The notes: generated by a model not told the origin, from the letters alone. 64,000 nucleotides of DNA from Nitrospirota bacterium (GCA_963663225.1 OY760142.1:1568001-1632000), one strand, 5' to 3'; numbered from the stretch's first letter, positions 40,593-50,436 are shown. Numbers and translations are program-made.

Positions 40593-42695
40593 ATGAAAAG
40601 AAAAATCATTATCTCCATAATGACCTTTTTTATTATTTCCGCCATTGGCGCGACAATAGCCTCCCTGCACATCAAAGACTTTACAGAGACGCTGAATCGC
40701 ATTATGAATCTTCGTCAATTGGAAGACCTGCACCGGCAGTTGTTTTTCTCCATCCGGGCGGTTCAGTCCGATCTTTGCTTGCCTGCGGCCGCGGTGGGTC
40801 GCGGTCAACAACAGTCCGCTGCTGACATGGCAGCCATGGTCCAATCATCCGAAAAATGCATGACGTGCCATCATAAGCCGGAAGTCACCGCGCGGATCAG
40901 CAAAATGCAGACCCGCGTTATCGATTACCGGAACACCGTCTCTTTGTATCGTGATGCAAAAAAGAATACCGCACAGACCGAAAAAATGAAGCTTCGCGCA
41001 ACCGCCATAGGCAACGATGTTCTGGATGAGCTTGAAGCGCTGCTTGAACAGGTGAATAGTAAATTTAGTTCCATCATACAGGATGCAAGGCGCAGAATTA
41101 TTGTGGCGTGGCTGGTCCTTTTCGGAGCGATGTTCGTACTTCTTGTCCTGAGTATTATCGTGGCCGTATATCTGGTTCGAATCGTTACCCATCCCATCAA
41201 CAAGCTGGTTAATGCCACGCGAATGATCGCATCCGGTAATCTGGGATATACGATCGACCATCAGGGGAAGGATGAATTCGGCGAGCTTGCCGCTCATTTC
41301 AACAGCATGAGCCTGTCGCTGAAAGATGGTTACGCCAAACTTCAGCAGGAAATTGCCGAGCGAAGAAAATCAGAAAAACAGCATGCCTATGACGCTTTCC
41401 ACGATGCGCTGACGGGCCTCCCGAACCGGGCTCTTTTCATGGACCGGCTTGAACACGTTATCATCGCTTCACACCGCCGGCCGGGAATGCCCTATTATGC
41501 GGTGCTCTTCCTTGATATGGACCGTTTCAAAGTCATTAACGACAGCCTCGGCCACACGATCGGCGACAAAGTCCTTATTGCAGTAGGCCATAAGTTGGCA
41601 GACTGCATCCGTCCCGGTGACACGGTTGCGCGCCTCGGCGGGGATGAGTTCGCTATTTTACTGGAAAACATCACGGAACTTTCCCATGCGATTGAGGTCG
41701 CCGAACGGATCAAGAAAAAACTGTCCATTCCGATCGACATCAAGGGCCATGAAGTTTTCGCATCCGTCAGCATCGGGATCACCTTGGGTACGGACGAGTA
41801 TGAGCGGTCGGAACAGGTTCTGCGCGATGCGGACATTGCAATGTACGAGGCAAAAGGACAGGGAAAATCGTCCTATGAAATTTTTGACGCCAAAATGCAT
41901 GCCAACATTATGGACCGGATGCAGCTGGAAACGGACCTGAGGAAGGCCATCGAACTTAGTGAGTTTACGCTGTACTACCAGCCCATCATGAATTTAAAGA
42001 CGCAGCAACTGACCGGGTTTGAAGCACTGGTTCGCTGGAACCATCCCAAACGCGGCCTTATCTACCCACTGGAGTTTATTCCTTTGGCGGAGGAAAATAA
42101 TCTTATCTATCCGATCGGGGAGTGGATCCTGCGGGAAGCCTGCCGGGAACTGAAGCTGCTGCAGACGCAGCATCCTATGGTGCCTCCTCTTACCATGAGC
42201 ATCAATATCTCACGAAAGCAATTTACTAGGGAAGATCTGGCTGAAAAACTGTCCGGATATTTGGCGGAATACGGTGTCGATCCACATACACTCGCCCTGG
42301 AAATTACCGAGAGCATGATTATGCAAAATGTCGACGTTGCGGTAAAGACGATGAAACAGCTGAGGGCCATGGGCGTGCAGCTTCATATCGATGACTTTGG
42401 CACAGGGCATTCTTCCCTGAGCTACCTTCATCAGTTCCCCGTTAACGCGCTTAAAATCGACAGGAGTTTTATCAATAGGCTTTCAGCGGACGGCACGAAT
42501 AACGAAATTATCACTTCAATCATCTCCCTGGCCAAGAGTTTGAATTGCGACGTCATCGCCGAAGGAGTAGAGATGGAGCATCAATTGTCCAATATCCAGG
42601 AGTTGCGCTGCGGCTATGGCCAGGGGTTCCTATTTGCCCGCCCCATGGCACTTCCTGCCATTGAGAGTTGGATACAAAAGCAGAAACATCTTTAA
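40593..42695 (+). CDS. Membrane diguanylate cyclase/phosphodiesterase (periplasmic CxxCH sensor-HAMP-GGDEF-EAL)
   Basis: Two TM helices, CMTCH, HAMP (DEFGELA..FN), RPGD I-site, GGDEF, EALVRW, DDFGTG, AEGVE. Confidence 0.93.
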   Translation: MKRKIIISIMTFFIISAIGATIASLHIKDFTETLNRIMNLRQLEDLHRQLFFSIRAVQSDLCLPAAAVGRGQQQSAADMAAMVQSSEKCMTCHHKPEVTARISKMQTRVIDYRNTVSLYRDAKKNTAQTEKMKLRATAIGNDVLDELEALLEQVNSKFSSIIQDARRRIIVAWLVLFGAMFVLLVLSIIVAVYLVRIVTHPINKLVNATRMIASGNLGYTIDHQGKDEFGELAAHFNSMSLSLKDGYAKLQQEIAERRKSEKQHAYDAFHDALTGLPNRALFMDRLEHVIIASHRRPGMPYYAVLFLDMDRFKVINDSLGHTIGDKVLIAVGHKLADCIRPGDTVARLGGDEFAILLENITELSHAIEVAERIKKKLSIPIDIKGHEVFASVSIGITLGTDEYERSEQVLRDADIAMYEAKGQGKSSYEIFDAKMHANIMDRMQLETDLRKAIELSEFTLYYQPIMNLKTQQLTGFEALVRWNHPKRGLIYPLEFIPLAEENNLIYPIGEWILREACRELKLLQTQHPMVPPLTMSINISRKQFTREDLAEKLSGYLAEYGVDPHTLALEITESMIMQNVDVAVKTMKQLRAMGVQLHIDDFGTGHSSLSYLHQFPVNALKIDRSFINRLSADGTNNEIITSIISLAKSLNCDVIAEGVEMEHQLSNIQELRCGYGQGFLFARPMALPAIESWIQKQKHL

Positions 42696-42967
42696 AACAC
42701 CGATATTTTTGGTCCCACCTCGTTCCTTCCTCCAGAAAAATTCAGCATATTCAAATCAGAAAGCATTGCCGTCCTCTTCTGTACAGTATATTTTCAGCTG
42801 AATGCTATTTCAATTCTTTGGCACAGTCTGCCATAAATCGCATGAATCATCCACCGTATACTGTTTGCAGTGTCACGTGAAATTTAAAATGAAAATTGCA
42901 GGGTCAGAGGAAGCAGGTATTCTGAGCAACACGATCTGATAGCGAAACGATAATACAGCGGGCACCA

Positions 42968-43621
42968 TCAAGCGTAATCAGCCGTGCTTCTGTCCTCTGA
43001 AAGAGCAATTTCATTCAGTTTCGTGTAAACAAACAGGGTAAAATCGTTTTCCAGCCGGTCATGGCGGAGGACGACTGAAGGGGAGAGGTTTTCTATTGCA
43101 AACCTGACCATGTCCTCCGGGGAAGTATAGTTGAGTTCCGGAGCCTTGGTTGGCGTGTGCGATGACAGAGCGTTCAGCGCCAATCCTCTGCGGCACTGCC
43201 TGAATAGCTTGATCATGGTTTCCCGGAGGTCCTGCTGGACGCCGGGAACCCGCAGATTGAATACACCGCATAGAAAGATATAATCAAACAATCCTTCCAG
43301 GGGGTCCTCACCAATGCACATCACCCTGAAAATGCATTCCGGATATTTTTTTTGAGCAAGGGATACAAGGTTTTTATTGATGTCCACGCCTGTATACTGC
43401 ACCTTTATGCCGCGCTGCTTCAGGAATTTATACAAGTCTCCCTTCCCGCAGCCGTAATCAAGAATCGTTCTGTTATTCAAATCCGGTGCAATGTCAAGAA
43501 GCGCGTGAAAGCGTTTTAACTGTCCGCTAGGAGTCCAGCGGAGAGCTTCCGGCCGGTCCCCGAACTTATTCAGGTGGTGATTAAAAAAAGAAATAAGCTG
43601 TTTCTTTGCGGAGGGATCCAA
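42968..43621 (-). CDS. Class I SAM-dependent methyltransferase
   Basis: ILDYGCGKG, YTGVDI, FDY..CGVFN; SD AGGAGA before TTG 43621. Confidence 0.85.
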   Translation of the reverse strand: MDPSAKKQLISFFNHHLNKFGDRPEALRWTPSGQLKRFHALLDIAPDLNNRTILDYGCGKGDLYKFLKQRGIKVQYTGVDINKNLVSLAQKKYPECIFRVMCIGEDPLEGLFDYIFLCGVFNLRVPGVQQDLRETMIKLFRQCRRGLALNALSSHTPTKAPELNYTSPEDMVRFAIENLSPSVVLRHDRLENDFTLFVYTKLNEIALSEDRSTADYA

Positions 43622-43688
43622 TAAGCGTCTCCTAATCGCCGCCGGGAAGCACAAAGACCGTTTTCGCCGGCGGAGTCTCCGTCATTTG

Positions 43689-44417
43689 CTAGCGGCTTAA
43701 AAGCCGTTGAACTGCCCGGTCCACTTCTTTGCCGACTTTCTTCTCAATGCCTGACTGGGCCACGGCAATACCGACTTCCTCCACGAGAGTCGTCAGAACC
43801 TCTTCCGCAATCTGGGAAGGTGTTGCACCGTCTCGTCCGCCGATGTTTGTCATCTCAAAATGTTTCAGCGTGACTGACTGGGGTTTGTCTCCCAGTGCCG
43901 CAACCCGAGACTCTATGGTGCCGCTGTCCATTACCAGTTTTTTTATCAGGAGTTTTGTTTCTTTGCCGGCAGGCTTCTTTTCTTCGACCGTTTTCTTTTT
44001 TGAAGCTGCTCCGGCTTCCTGAATGTTTTTCTTCAGGACCAGAATATTTGAAGCAAGCGCCTGGTTCATCTCATAAACGACCTGCGGGGATGCAATGCGG
44101 ATTTCCTCGATCACCAGGGGAGATGAAGTGACAGAGCGAGCGTCAATTTCCATGCTGATTTTGCCGAGCCGGAAAACATGGGGAGAGGAAAAACCCTGAG
44201 GATTCGCCACGGTCAGGCCGTTGAGCGCTCCTTTTTCTTCTGCCAACCGTATTGATACTGATGCTACGCGGACTTGTGTTTTTGCGGCTTCAGATCCGTA
44301 TTTTTCGATCGCCTCTTTTACCAGGGAATCAAGATTAGTCAAAACATAAGTAATTCCTGCGATTACAACAATCAGCAGCACAGCGACGACAATCAGCACT
44401 TTCCAGCGGGTTTTCAT
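43689..44417 (-). CDS. AsmA/DUF748-like envelope protein
   Basis: N-terminal TM anchor, LTVANPQGF, IEEIRIASP, SNI; SD AAGGAGG. Confidence 0.7.
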   Translation of the reverse strand: MKTRWKVLIVVAVLLIVVIAGITYVLTNLDSLVKEAIEKYGSEAAKTQVRVASVSIRLAEEKGALNGLTVANPQGFSSPHVFRLGKISMEIDARSVTSSPLVIEEIRIASPQVVYEMNQALASNILVLKKNIQEAGAASKKKTVEEKKPAGKETKLLIKKLVMDSGTIESRVAALGDKPQSVTLKHFEMTNIGGRDGATPSQIAEEVLTTLVEEVGIAVAQSGIEKKVGKEVDRAVQRLLSR

Positions 44418-44737
44418 GGCAATAGCCTCCTTGCGGGACATTTTAATGATAGAAGAGTTTGCTGCAATTTGCAAGAGGTAAGAGGAGAATTTGAAAAAAT
44501 ATGATGGGCTGGATATGCTGATACTATGAAAAGCAACCTGTGAGCTCGATGGAGTGACAGAAAAATATTTCGAGGGGAAACAGCCTGCTGATGCCGACGC
44601 GCAGGCGAATGACAAAAAGTGCGGTGATGCCTCCGGGAGTTGATTGAAGAGCTTGCAGGGCTTGCCGGAGATTCTGACTGAAACAGGTGCTGTCTGACAA
44701 TGTCGTCAAGGTTGAGGCCGATCAGCCCCTGCCGCCT

Positions 44738-45703
44738 TTATTTCCGTCCCAGGTTCAGCCTCCAGAGCATGTAGTGTTCCTGGGCGGCGTTTATCTCTTT
44801 ATTGTCCGGGGCAGGCGGGGAAAACGCAGCTTCATCTTCCGGCGTATGACCGGGGAGCGCTTCCGTCAGTAAGTGCAGCGGCTCATCCTCCGATGCATCT
44901 CCGTTCGCGGCATCATCTGATTCATCGGGTGTTGTCTCCGCATCGCTTTGCAAAAAGCCGTGTATCTCCTGCCGTGCAGGCAACAGGGCTGCTTCATTTT
45001 CCAGGCCGGAAGAGTGAGATTCTGTCGCCGTAAGGTTTTGAATAGCGCTCCGTTCGTGCGCCGACTGGTCTGGCTTGGCTGAGCCGTCCGCTTTGTGCGG
45101 CAGTATATAAACAGTCAGCAGCAGATGCTCAACGATCTGGAGAACGATTTCGATGTCCTTTTTCCCCAGACCTACAATTTTTTGCGACGCGTCGTTTCCC
45201 ATGAATCGAATGCTTCCCAGCCGCATCGCATTTTTTTTGGATATATGCCCTTCCGCTGCGAGTTTGTTGATTTTTTGCTCAAGGTTTCTGCCCCTGATGT
45301 CCAGATCGCAGCACACCGCTTCTACACAAGCACGCAGACCCATGCTGGCCAATATGGATGCTTCCTCCTGCAGCGAGTGTATCACTTCATTATATACGTT
45401 CGCGACCATCGGCGGAAAATAATGGGTGTCATTGATCTTTTTATGGTTTTTGATGAACTTGGGATAACACCGTACCGTTTCGGGAACGCGGCATTTCTTG
45501 CCGGTTTCATCAACATACGTGGTTTCTAAATCGACGCAGACTTCACGAAAGGAGATATAATTGCAGCCCGCACATTGGACAATCTGATAGATCAAGTCAC
45601 GCGCATATTCGTCGCGCTCGGATTCCACATGCTGGGTAAGGATTCTGTGATTCGTCGGTCGTGAGCAGATTATGCAATAACTTTTTACGGTAGTATCAGA
45701 CAT
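44738..45703 (-). CDS. DUF4145 (HEPN-like) protein with N-terminal Zn ribbon and acidic tail
   Basis: CIIC..H...CAGC, LRACVEAVC, LEQKINKL, RFMGNDASQ. Confidence 0.75.
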   Translation of the reverse strand: MSDTTVKSYCIICSRPTNHRILTQHVESERDEYARDLIYQIVQCAGCNYISFREVCVDLETTYVDETGKKCRVPETVRCYPKFIKNHKKINDTHYFPPMVANVYNEVIHSLQEEASILASMGLRACVEAVCCDLDIRGRNLEQKINKLAAEGHISKKNAMRLGSIRFMGNDASQKIVGLGKKDIEIVLQIVEHLLLTVYILPHKADGSAKPDQSAHERSAIQNLTATESHSSGLENEAALLPARQEIHGFLQSDAETTPDESDDAANGDASEDEPLHLLTEALPGHTPEDEAAFSPPAPDNKEINAAQEHYMLWRLNLGRK

Positions 45704-45895
45704 GCAGTCTCCGCCAATTGATTGTTCTTATGTGTAAACTTATCATATCTTACAACGCAATGCAAGAACGTTGTAATCCGGCTGCAAAAGGAAGCGGAAC
45801 AAGGAATGATCGGTGAAGTGTCAGAAAAAGGGCTTCGGAAAGAGGGAACCGCAACACCAGAAACACGTCTGAACAAAAACCGGGGTCTATAAACA

Positions 45896-45940
45896 AATAA
45901 CCGGATCAGTCCAACATATTGTCGGTCTGATCCGGCTATT
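45896..45940. terminator. Hairpin with U-rich tails on both strands; likely terminates the minus-strand small-ORF transcript
   Basis: AATAACCGGATCAG...CTGATCCGGCTATT; the minus strand continues TGTTT. Confidence 0.6.
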
Positions 45941-46053
45941 TTTATTTGACGACAGGTCTTGTTCCCGGCATTTTAACCTGCATCATTGCAATCCATCTTA
46001 TATCGTATTGCTGAGGAACGGCATAATATTATGAAGGGATTGTAGTTGTTTAA

Positions 46054-46143
46054 TTAAAAAAGACGTTTGCCGCTTCTCAGTTTGCTGATACCTGCCGTGA
46101 TTACCAGCAAAGAGACAAAACCCAAAAGAATATACCCGACCAT
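46054..46143 (-). CDS. Unannotated 29-aa single-TM peptide MVGYILLGFVSLLVITAGISKLRSGKRLF
   Basis: Strong SD (AGGAGGTAGTAGG-ATG); about 19 hydrophobic residues then a basic tail; below the ORF-track length cutoff. Confidence 0.65.
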   Translation of the reverse strand: MVGYILLGFVSLLVITAGISKLRSGKRLF

Positions 46144-46456
46144 CCTACTACCTCCTAAAGTTTAAAGTCCTTCGACTATTAAATTACCTTGTATCTATGG
46201 CAACTCCGTCCGGTTCTTCTCGGAAGAACGGACAGTGAACATTCAACGTTTCTGTGCGCCATGATTCAGCTGGCAACGTCGGGATTCTGATGACTGCCAC
46301 ATCGGCAGAGAGAATTATTTTTTAATACGGTCTTCTGGGAGGCATCTCTCTTTATGCATTCACTGGACACATGAAACGCCAAGGATTGTCGGTCGGCCTT
46401 GGCCTCCAGCGAGGTATTATGCAGCCGATAAAAACAAAGCAAAACATTATTATATT

Positions 46457-46473
46457 TGCTTAAACTATGCCAA
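46457..46473 (-). promoter_or_regulatory. sigma54 (-24/-12) promoter
   Basis: TTGGCATAGTTTAAGCA has exact GG-N10-GC spacing (the -12 element is AAGC rather than TTGC); divergent from a sigma54 activator gene. Confidence 0.6.
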
Positions 46474-46489
46474 AAATATTATTGCACGA

Positions 46490-46502
46490 CATCAATGTGT
46501 TA
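46490..46502 (+). promoter_or_regulatory. IHF-like site
   Basis: CATCAATGTGTTA versus consensus WATCAANNNNTTR (one mismatch); lies between the promoter and the palindrome. Confidence 0.45.
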
Positions 46503-46522
46503 GATTGATACTGAAGTTTAAG

Positions 46523-46560
46523 CTGTTATATATGGAAGATTTTTCTTCCATATATAACAG
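46523..46560. repeat. Perfect 17-bp inverted repeat (candidate UAS)
   Basis: CTGTTATATATGGAAGA-TTTT-TCTTCCATATATAACAG. Confidence 0.85.
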
Positions 46561-46617
46561 AAAAGAGTTAAACTGTTACATTCGACAGTTTTCTGCCGAT
46601 AACGAAAAAGGTGAAAT

Positions 46618-48180
46618 ATGATCATTAATGAAATAGAATTTTCCCGTGAAGTGACGCTTCATATCTGCAGCAGTCTGGAGATAGAGAAATCGCTTTGGCA
46701 GTGTTTTCTGTATGTTAAAAAAGTTATGCCGGTCGATGAGCTGATTCTTGTTGCTTATGAGAGAAACAGCGGCATGTTTGAGGTCATTGCCACGGCCGAT
46801 GTCAACGGTGGCGTGGTCCAATCGCTCAAAGTGGGGATGTCGCTGGAAGCCAGGAAAAACATCGAGAACGCCGCAAATCTTTCCCCGGTAAGAATTGTGA
46901 ATGAGATGCTGGACGATCCTATCGTGAAGCGGTTCGCAAAAGCACTGAACTGGCCGCCATCTTCCGTTATTGTCAACCGGCTCATTCTCGGCGGGAAGAT
47001 GACGGGAGCCCTGCACGTAAGAAGAGAAGGAAAAGAGAAATACACGAAAGATCATTCTCGGCTCTGGTCGTTAATCAACAAACCACTTGCGATCGCGCTG
47101 GCGAACAGTCAAAGTCATAGGGAAGTGGTGGAGCACAGGGAACTTCTCGCGGACCACAATGCATACTTGCAGGAGGAACTTCAGCTGAGCACCTTTGGCC
47201 CCGTTATCGGAGAAGACCACGGGTTGAAGGAAGTCATGAAGCAGGTGAAGCGTGTGGCGCCGCTGGCGTCCTCAGTCGTGCTCGTCGGCGAAACGGGCGC
47301 AGGCAAGGAGGTCATTGCGAACATCATGCACCAGCTGTCTCCCCGCAGCAAGGGCCCCTTTGTCAAAGTCAACTGCGGCGCCATTCCTGATTCTCTCATC
47401 GACAGCGAACTCTTTGGACATGAAAAAGGAGCCTTTACCGGGGCATTTGTCCAGCGGCGCGGCCGCTTCGAAAAAGCAAACCGAGGGACCATTTTCTTGG
47501 ATGAAATAGGAGAACTTCCCCTACAGGCACAAGCAAGGCTGCTGCGGGTTCTGCAGGAGAAAACAATCGAGCGGGTCGGCAGTTCCGATGCCATCAAGAT
47601 CGATGTCCGGCTGATAACCGCGACCAACAGAAATCTTGAAAAAATGGTGGAAGCCGGCACATTCAGGAAGGACCTGTATTTCAGAATCAAGGTCTTTACC
47701 ATTGCGATTCCTCCTCTTCGTGAGAGACGGGTGGACATTCCTCTTTTGGTCAGGCACTTTATGAACAAAAAGCAGCAGGAAATGAAGCTGCCCTGGATAC
47801 CGGTCGTGGCACCCAACGTCATGGACAGGCTGCTTCAGTATTCATGGCCCGGAAACGTCAGAGAGCTGCAAAATACGGTTGAACGGGCGCTTATCCTTTC
47901 GGGCGGAAACCCGCTTGCCTTTGAAGATATTCCACCTTCCGGATCGAGGCTTCAGCAGCAGGCGGGAAAAGCTGAAGAAGGGGCAATATTAACGCTGAAG
48001 GATATGGAGTCGAAGCATATCAGAATGGTCCTTGAAAAAATCGGCGGCAGAATCGAGGGAAAGAACGGTGCGGCCGCTTTACTCGGTTTAAATCCATCCA
48101 CGCTGCGCCACAGAATGAAAAAGCTCGGAATACCTTACGGCAGAGTGCACAACAGCACCAGAGAGCGTCGGTCGGAATAA
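46618..48180 (+). CDS. sigma54-dependent enhancer-binding protein (GAF-like-AAA+-HTH, FhlA-like)
   Basis: GETGAGKE, SELFGHEKGAFTGA, FLDEIGE, WPGNVREL, GAAALLGLNPSTL. Confidence 0.95.
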   Translation: MIINEIEFSREVTLHICSSLEIEKSLWQCFLYVKKVMPVDELILVAYERNSGMFEVIATADVNGGVVQSLKVGMSLEARKNIENAANLSPVRIVNEMLDDPIVKRFAKALNWPPSSVIVNRLILGGKMTGALHVRREGKEKYTKDHSRLWSLINKPLAIALANSQSHREVVEHRELLADHNAYLQEELQLSTFGPVIGEDHGLKEVMKQVKRVAPLASSVVLVGETGAGKEVIANIMHQLSPRSKGPFVKVNCGAIPDSLIDSELFGHEKGAFTGAFVQRRGRFEKANRGTIFLDEIGELPLQAQARLLRVLQEKTIERVGSSDAIKIDVRLITATNRNLEKMVEAGTFRKDLYFRIKVFTIAIPPLRERRVDIPLLVRHFMNKKQQEMKLPWIPVVAPNVMDRLLQYSWPGNVRELQNTVERALILSGGNPLAFEDIPPSGSRLQQQAGKAEEGAILTLKDMESKHIRMVLEKIGGRIEGKNGAAALLGLNPSTLRHRMKKLGIPYGRVHNSTRERRSE

Positions 48181-48293
48181 GAATGCCCTGTCGTGAGCAA
48201 CGCATCAGGGTGTATTGCATACCTCTTTGCCGGGCAGTTATAAATTTTCAAACACCAGGCTGCACCGATGACTCCTTGCGGACAACTAAAAGA

Positions 48294-49292
48294 ATGCAGA
48301 TAGCACCACAAAAAATCAGAATTCGTACGCTTCAAATCAATCCTCCACTTTTTCTGGCACCCATGGCGGGGCTCACCCACAGCGCGCTCAGACAGACCAT
48401 CCTCGGTTTTGGAGGAATCGGGCTCCTCTCTACGGAAATGCTGTCGTCGAAAAGGCTGCCGACGGAAAATCCCAGGCTATCACCCTATCTTGTCAGGACA
48501 AAAAAAGAAAAACCGCTTTCCTATCAGATCCTGACTTCCCGTGCCGAAGAAGTGGTTCGGGCTATTGAAGTGCTGCACAAGCTGGAGGCAGACGTGATCG
48601 ATATAAACATGGGATGCCCGGCACCCTCCGTTCGCAAGATGAGAGCAGGCATCGAGCTGATGGCACAGCCTGAGGAAGTCCGGCGCATTGTGGCGACGGC
48701 AAGGAAATGCACCGATCTTCCGCTTACGGCAAAGATCCGGCTTGGCATCGAACTCGACGAGCAGAAACTCAAAGACTTCTGCAGCATGCTTGAAGACGAA
48801 GGCATTGATCTGATCTCCATCCATGCACGCACTAAAATAGAATCATTTGCCCGAAGGCCTCGCTGGGAAAACATCAGTGCCGTAAAAAAACGGCTCAGGA
48901 TTCCTGTTGTCGTAAACGGCGGCATTTTTTCCGTCCAGGACGCAGAGCACTGTCTGCGGGTGTCCGGCGCCGACGGCCTGATGCTGGGACGCGGCGCGGC
49001 AATCAAACCCTGGCTCTTTGCCGAAATCGCGCGCAGTGTGTATGGGCGCGACATTCCGTCTCCGGTTGTGTCCTTGCCCGTGGTGTACCGCAATTTTATC
49101 GGTCTGCTGGACGAATACTTCAGGCCGGAGCACAGGCTCGGCAGGCTCAAAGAATTTACCCGTTATTTTGCCAATAATACCGTATTTGGGCACCACCTGA
49201 CGTCCGCAGTGCAGAGCAGCAACAGTGTTGATGAGGCAAAAGAACGTGCCGATACTTTTTTCGAAAATGCTCACAACCTGGTCCTTCGATAG
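48294..49292 (+). CDS. tRNA-dihydrouridine synthase family protein
   Basis: LAPMAG, IDINMGCP, TAKIRLG, IHART, NGGI, MLGRG. Confidence 0.92.
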   Translation: MQIAPQKIRIRTLQINPPLFLAPMAGLTHSALRQTILGFGGIGLLSTEMLSSKRLPTENPRLSPYLVRTKKEKPLSYQILTSRAEEVVRAIEVLHKLEADVIDINMGCPAPSVRKMRAGIELMAQPEEVRRIVATARKCTDLPLTAKIRLGIELDEQKLKDFCSMLEDEGIDLISIHARTKIESFARRPRWENISAVKKRLRIPVVVNGGIFSVQDAEHCLRVSGADGLMLGRGAAIKPWLFAEIARSVYGRDIPSPVVSLPVVYRNFIGLLDEYFRPEHRLGRLKEFTRYFANNTVFGHHLTSAVQSSNSVDEAKERADTFFENAHNLVLR

Positions 49293-49530
49293 TCCTCCCC
49301 TCTGTATCACACAATAACGTCAATAATCTGACCGCAACACTGCATTTTTGTACAAACGACGAACGCAGTTGACAAAAAAACTTGTACTAACCATCGGATT
49401 TTTAAGAAAAAAATACAAATGTTCTTTGGCTGGTTACAGTAATGTTATGGTATCCATATTGCAATACTATTACTGCAACAAGCATACGTACAACTTTTTG
49501 ACGCCCGCAGATTGTTTTTGTGGAGATGAC

Positions 49531-50436
49531 GTGAAACGGTCTTTTTTATTTGCAGTCTTTATAATGTGCGTTTTCCAGGTAACAGCGCCTCCGGCATTTT
49601 CACTTTCCGAGAAAAGCGTTCCCGCAAAATCATGCATCCTGATAGATGAACATGGCTCCGTCCTGTATGAAAAAAACTCATCAGCAAAACTTCCGCCGGC
49701 CAGCACGACAAAACTCATGACTGCCATGGTGGCGCTTGATAATCTTGACAAGTCGGCGATTGTACGGGTGGGCAGAAGAGCATCAACGATCAGTCGGGTC
49801 AAACCCAAACTTCTGCCGGGCGATGAGCTGTCGGTTACCGATCTTCTTCATCTGGCGCTTATCAAGTCGGTAAATTCCGCTGCAGTGGCTCTGGCGGAAG
49901 CCGCCGCTGGGTCCGAGTCGCGGTTTGCCGAGATAATGAACCGGAAAGCAAAAGAGATCGGGGCGCGAAACACGCATTTCGTAAATGCCTCCGGCCTGCC
50001 GGAAGGACGGCAATACACGACGGTACGCGATCTGACTATTATCATGAAAAAAGCACTTACCTATCCGCTGATCAAAGAGATTATCGGCAAAAAAAAATAT
50101 TCCGCCAGAACGGCATCTGGCAGACAATTATATGTTGAAAATACGGACAATATGCTGTGGCTCCGGAGTGATGTCATCGGAGGAAAAACAGGGTTCACCA
50201 GAAGCGCCCAGCATTGCTTCGTGGGAGCGATAGACACCGACCAGGGCTTGATTTTTACGGCAGTTCTCGGCGCTCCATCGAGAAGCCGCTTATGGAAAAG
50301 CACCGCCATGCTCGCAGATTTCGGGACGAATCCGCCGCCGGTGAAAACAATGAAAAATTCACCAAAGGAATCAACGGGCAAGAAACCGCGGCTTACATAT
50401 ATGAGAGCCGCGCTTGTGGAACTTACCCGCGAATAG
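49531..50436 (+). CDS. D-alanyl-D-alanine carboxypeptidase (peptidase S11)
   Basis: PASTTK (SxxK), SVN (SxN), NASGL, KTG; signal peptide. Confidence 0.92.
   Translation: MKRSFLFAVFIMCVFQVTAPPAFSLSEKSVPAKSCILIDEHGSVLYEKNSSAKLPPASTTKLMTAMVALDNLDKSAIVRVGRRASTISRVKPKLLPGDELSVTDLLHLALIKSVNSAAVALAEAAAGSESRFAEIMNRKAKEIGARNTHFVNASGLPEGRQYTTVRDLTIIMKKALTYPLIKEIIGKKKYSARTASGRQLYVENTDNMLWLRSDVIGGKTGFTRSAQHCFVGAIDTDQGLIFTAVLGAPSRSRLWKSTAMLADFGTNPPPVKTMKNSPKESTGKKPRLTYMRAALVELTRE

Noticed and set aside
42817-42835. TTGGCACAGTCTGCC as a sigma54 promoter
   Set aside because: GG-to-GC spacing is 8, not 10, and there is no downstream plus-strand gene.
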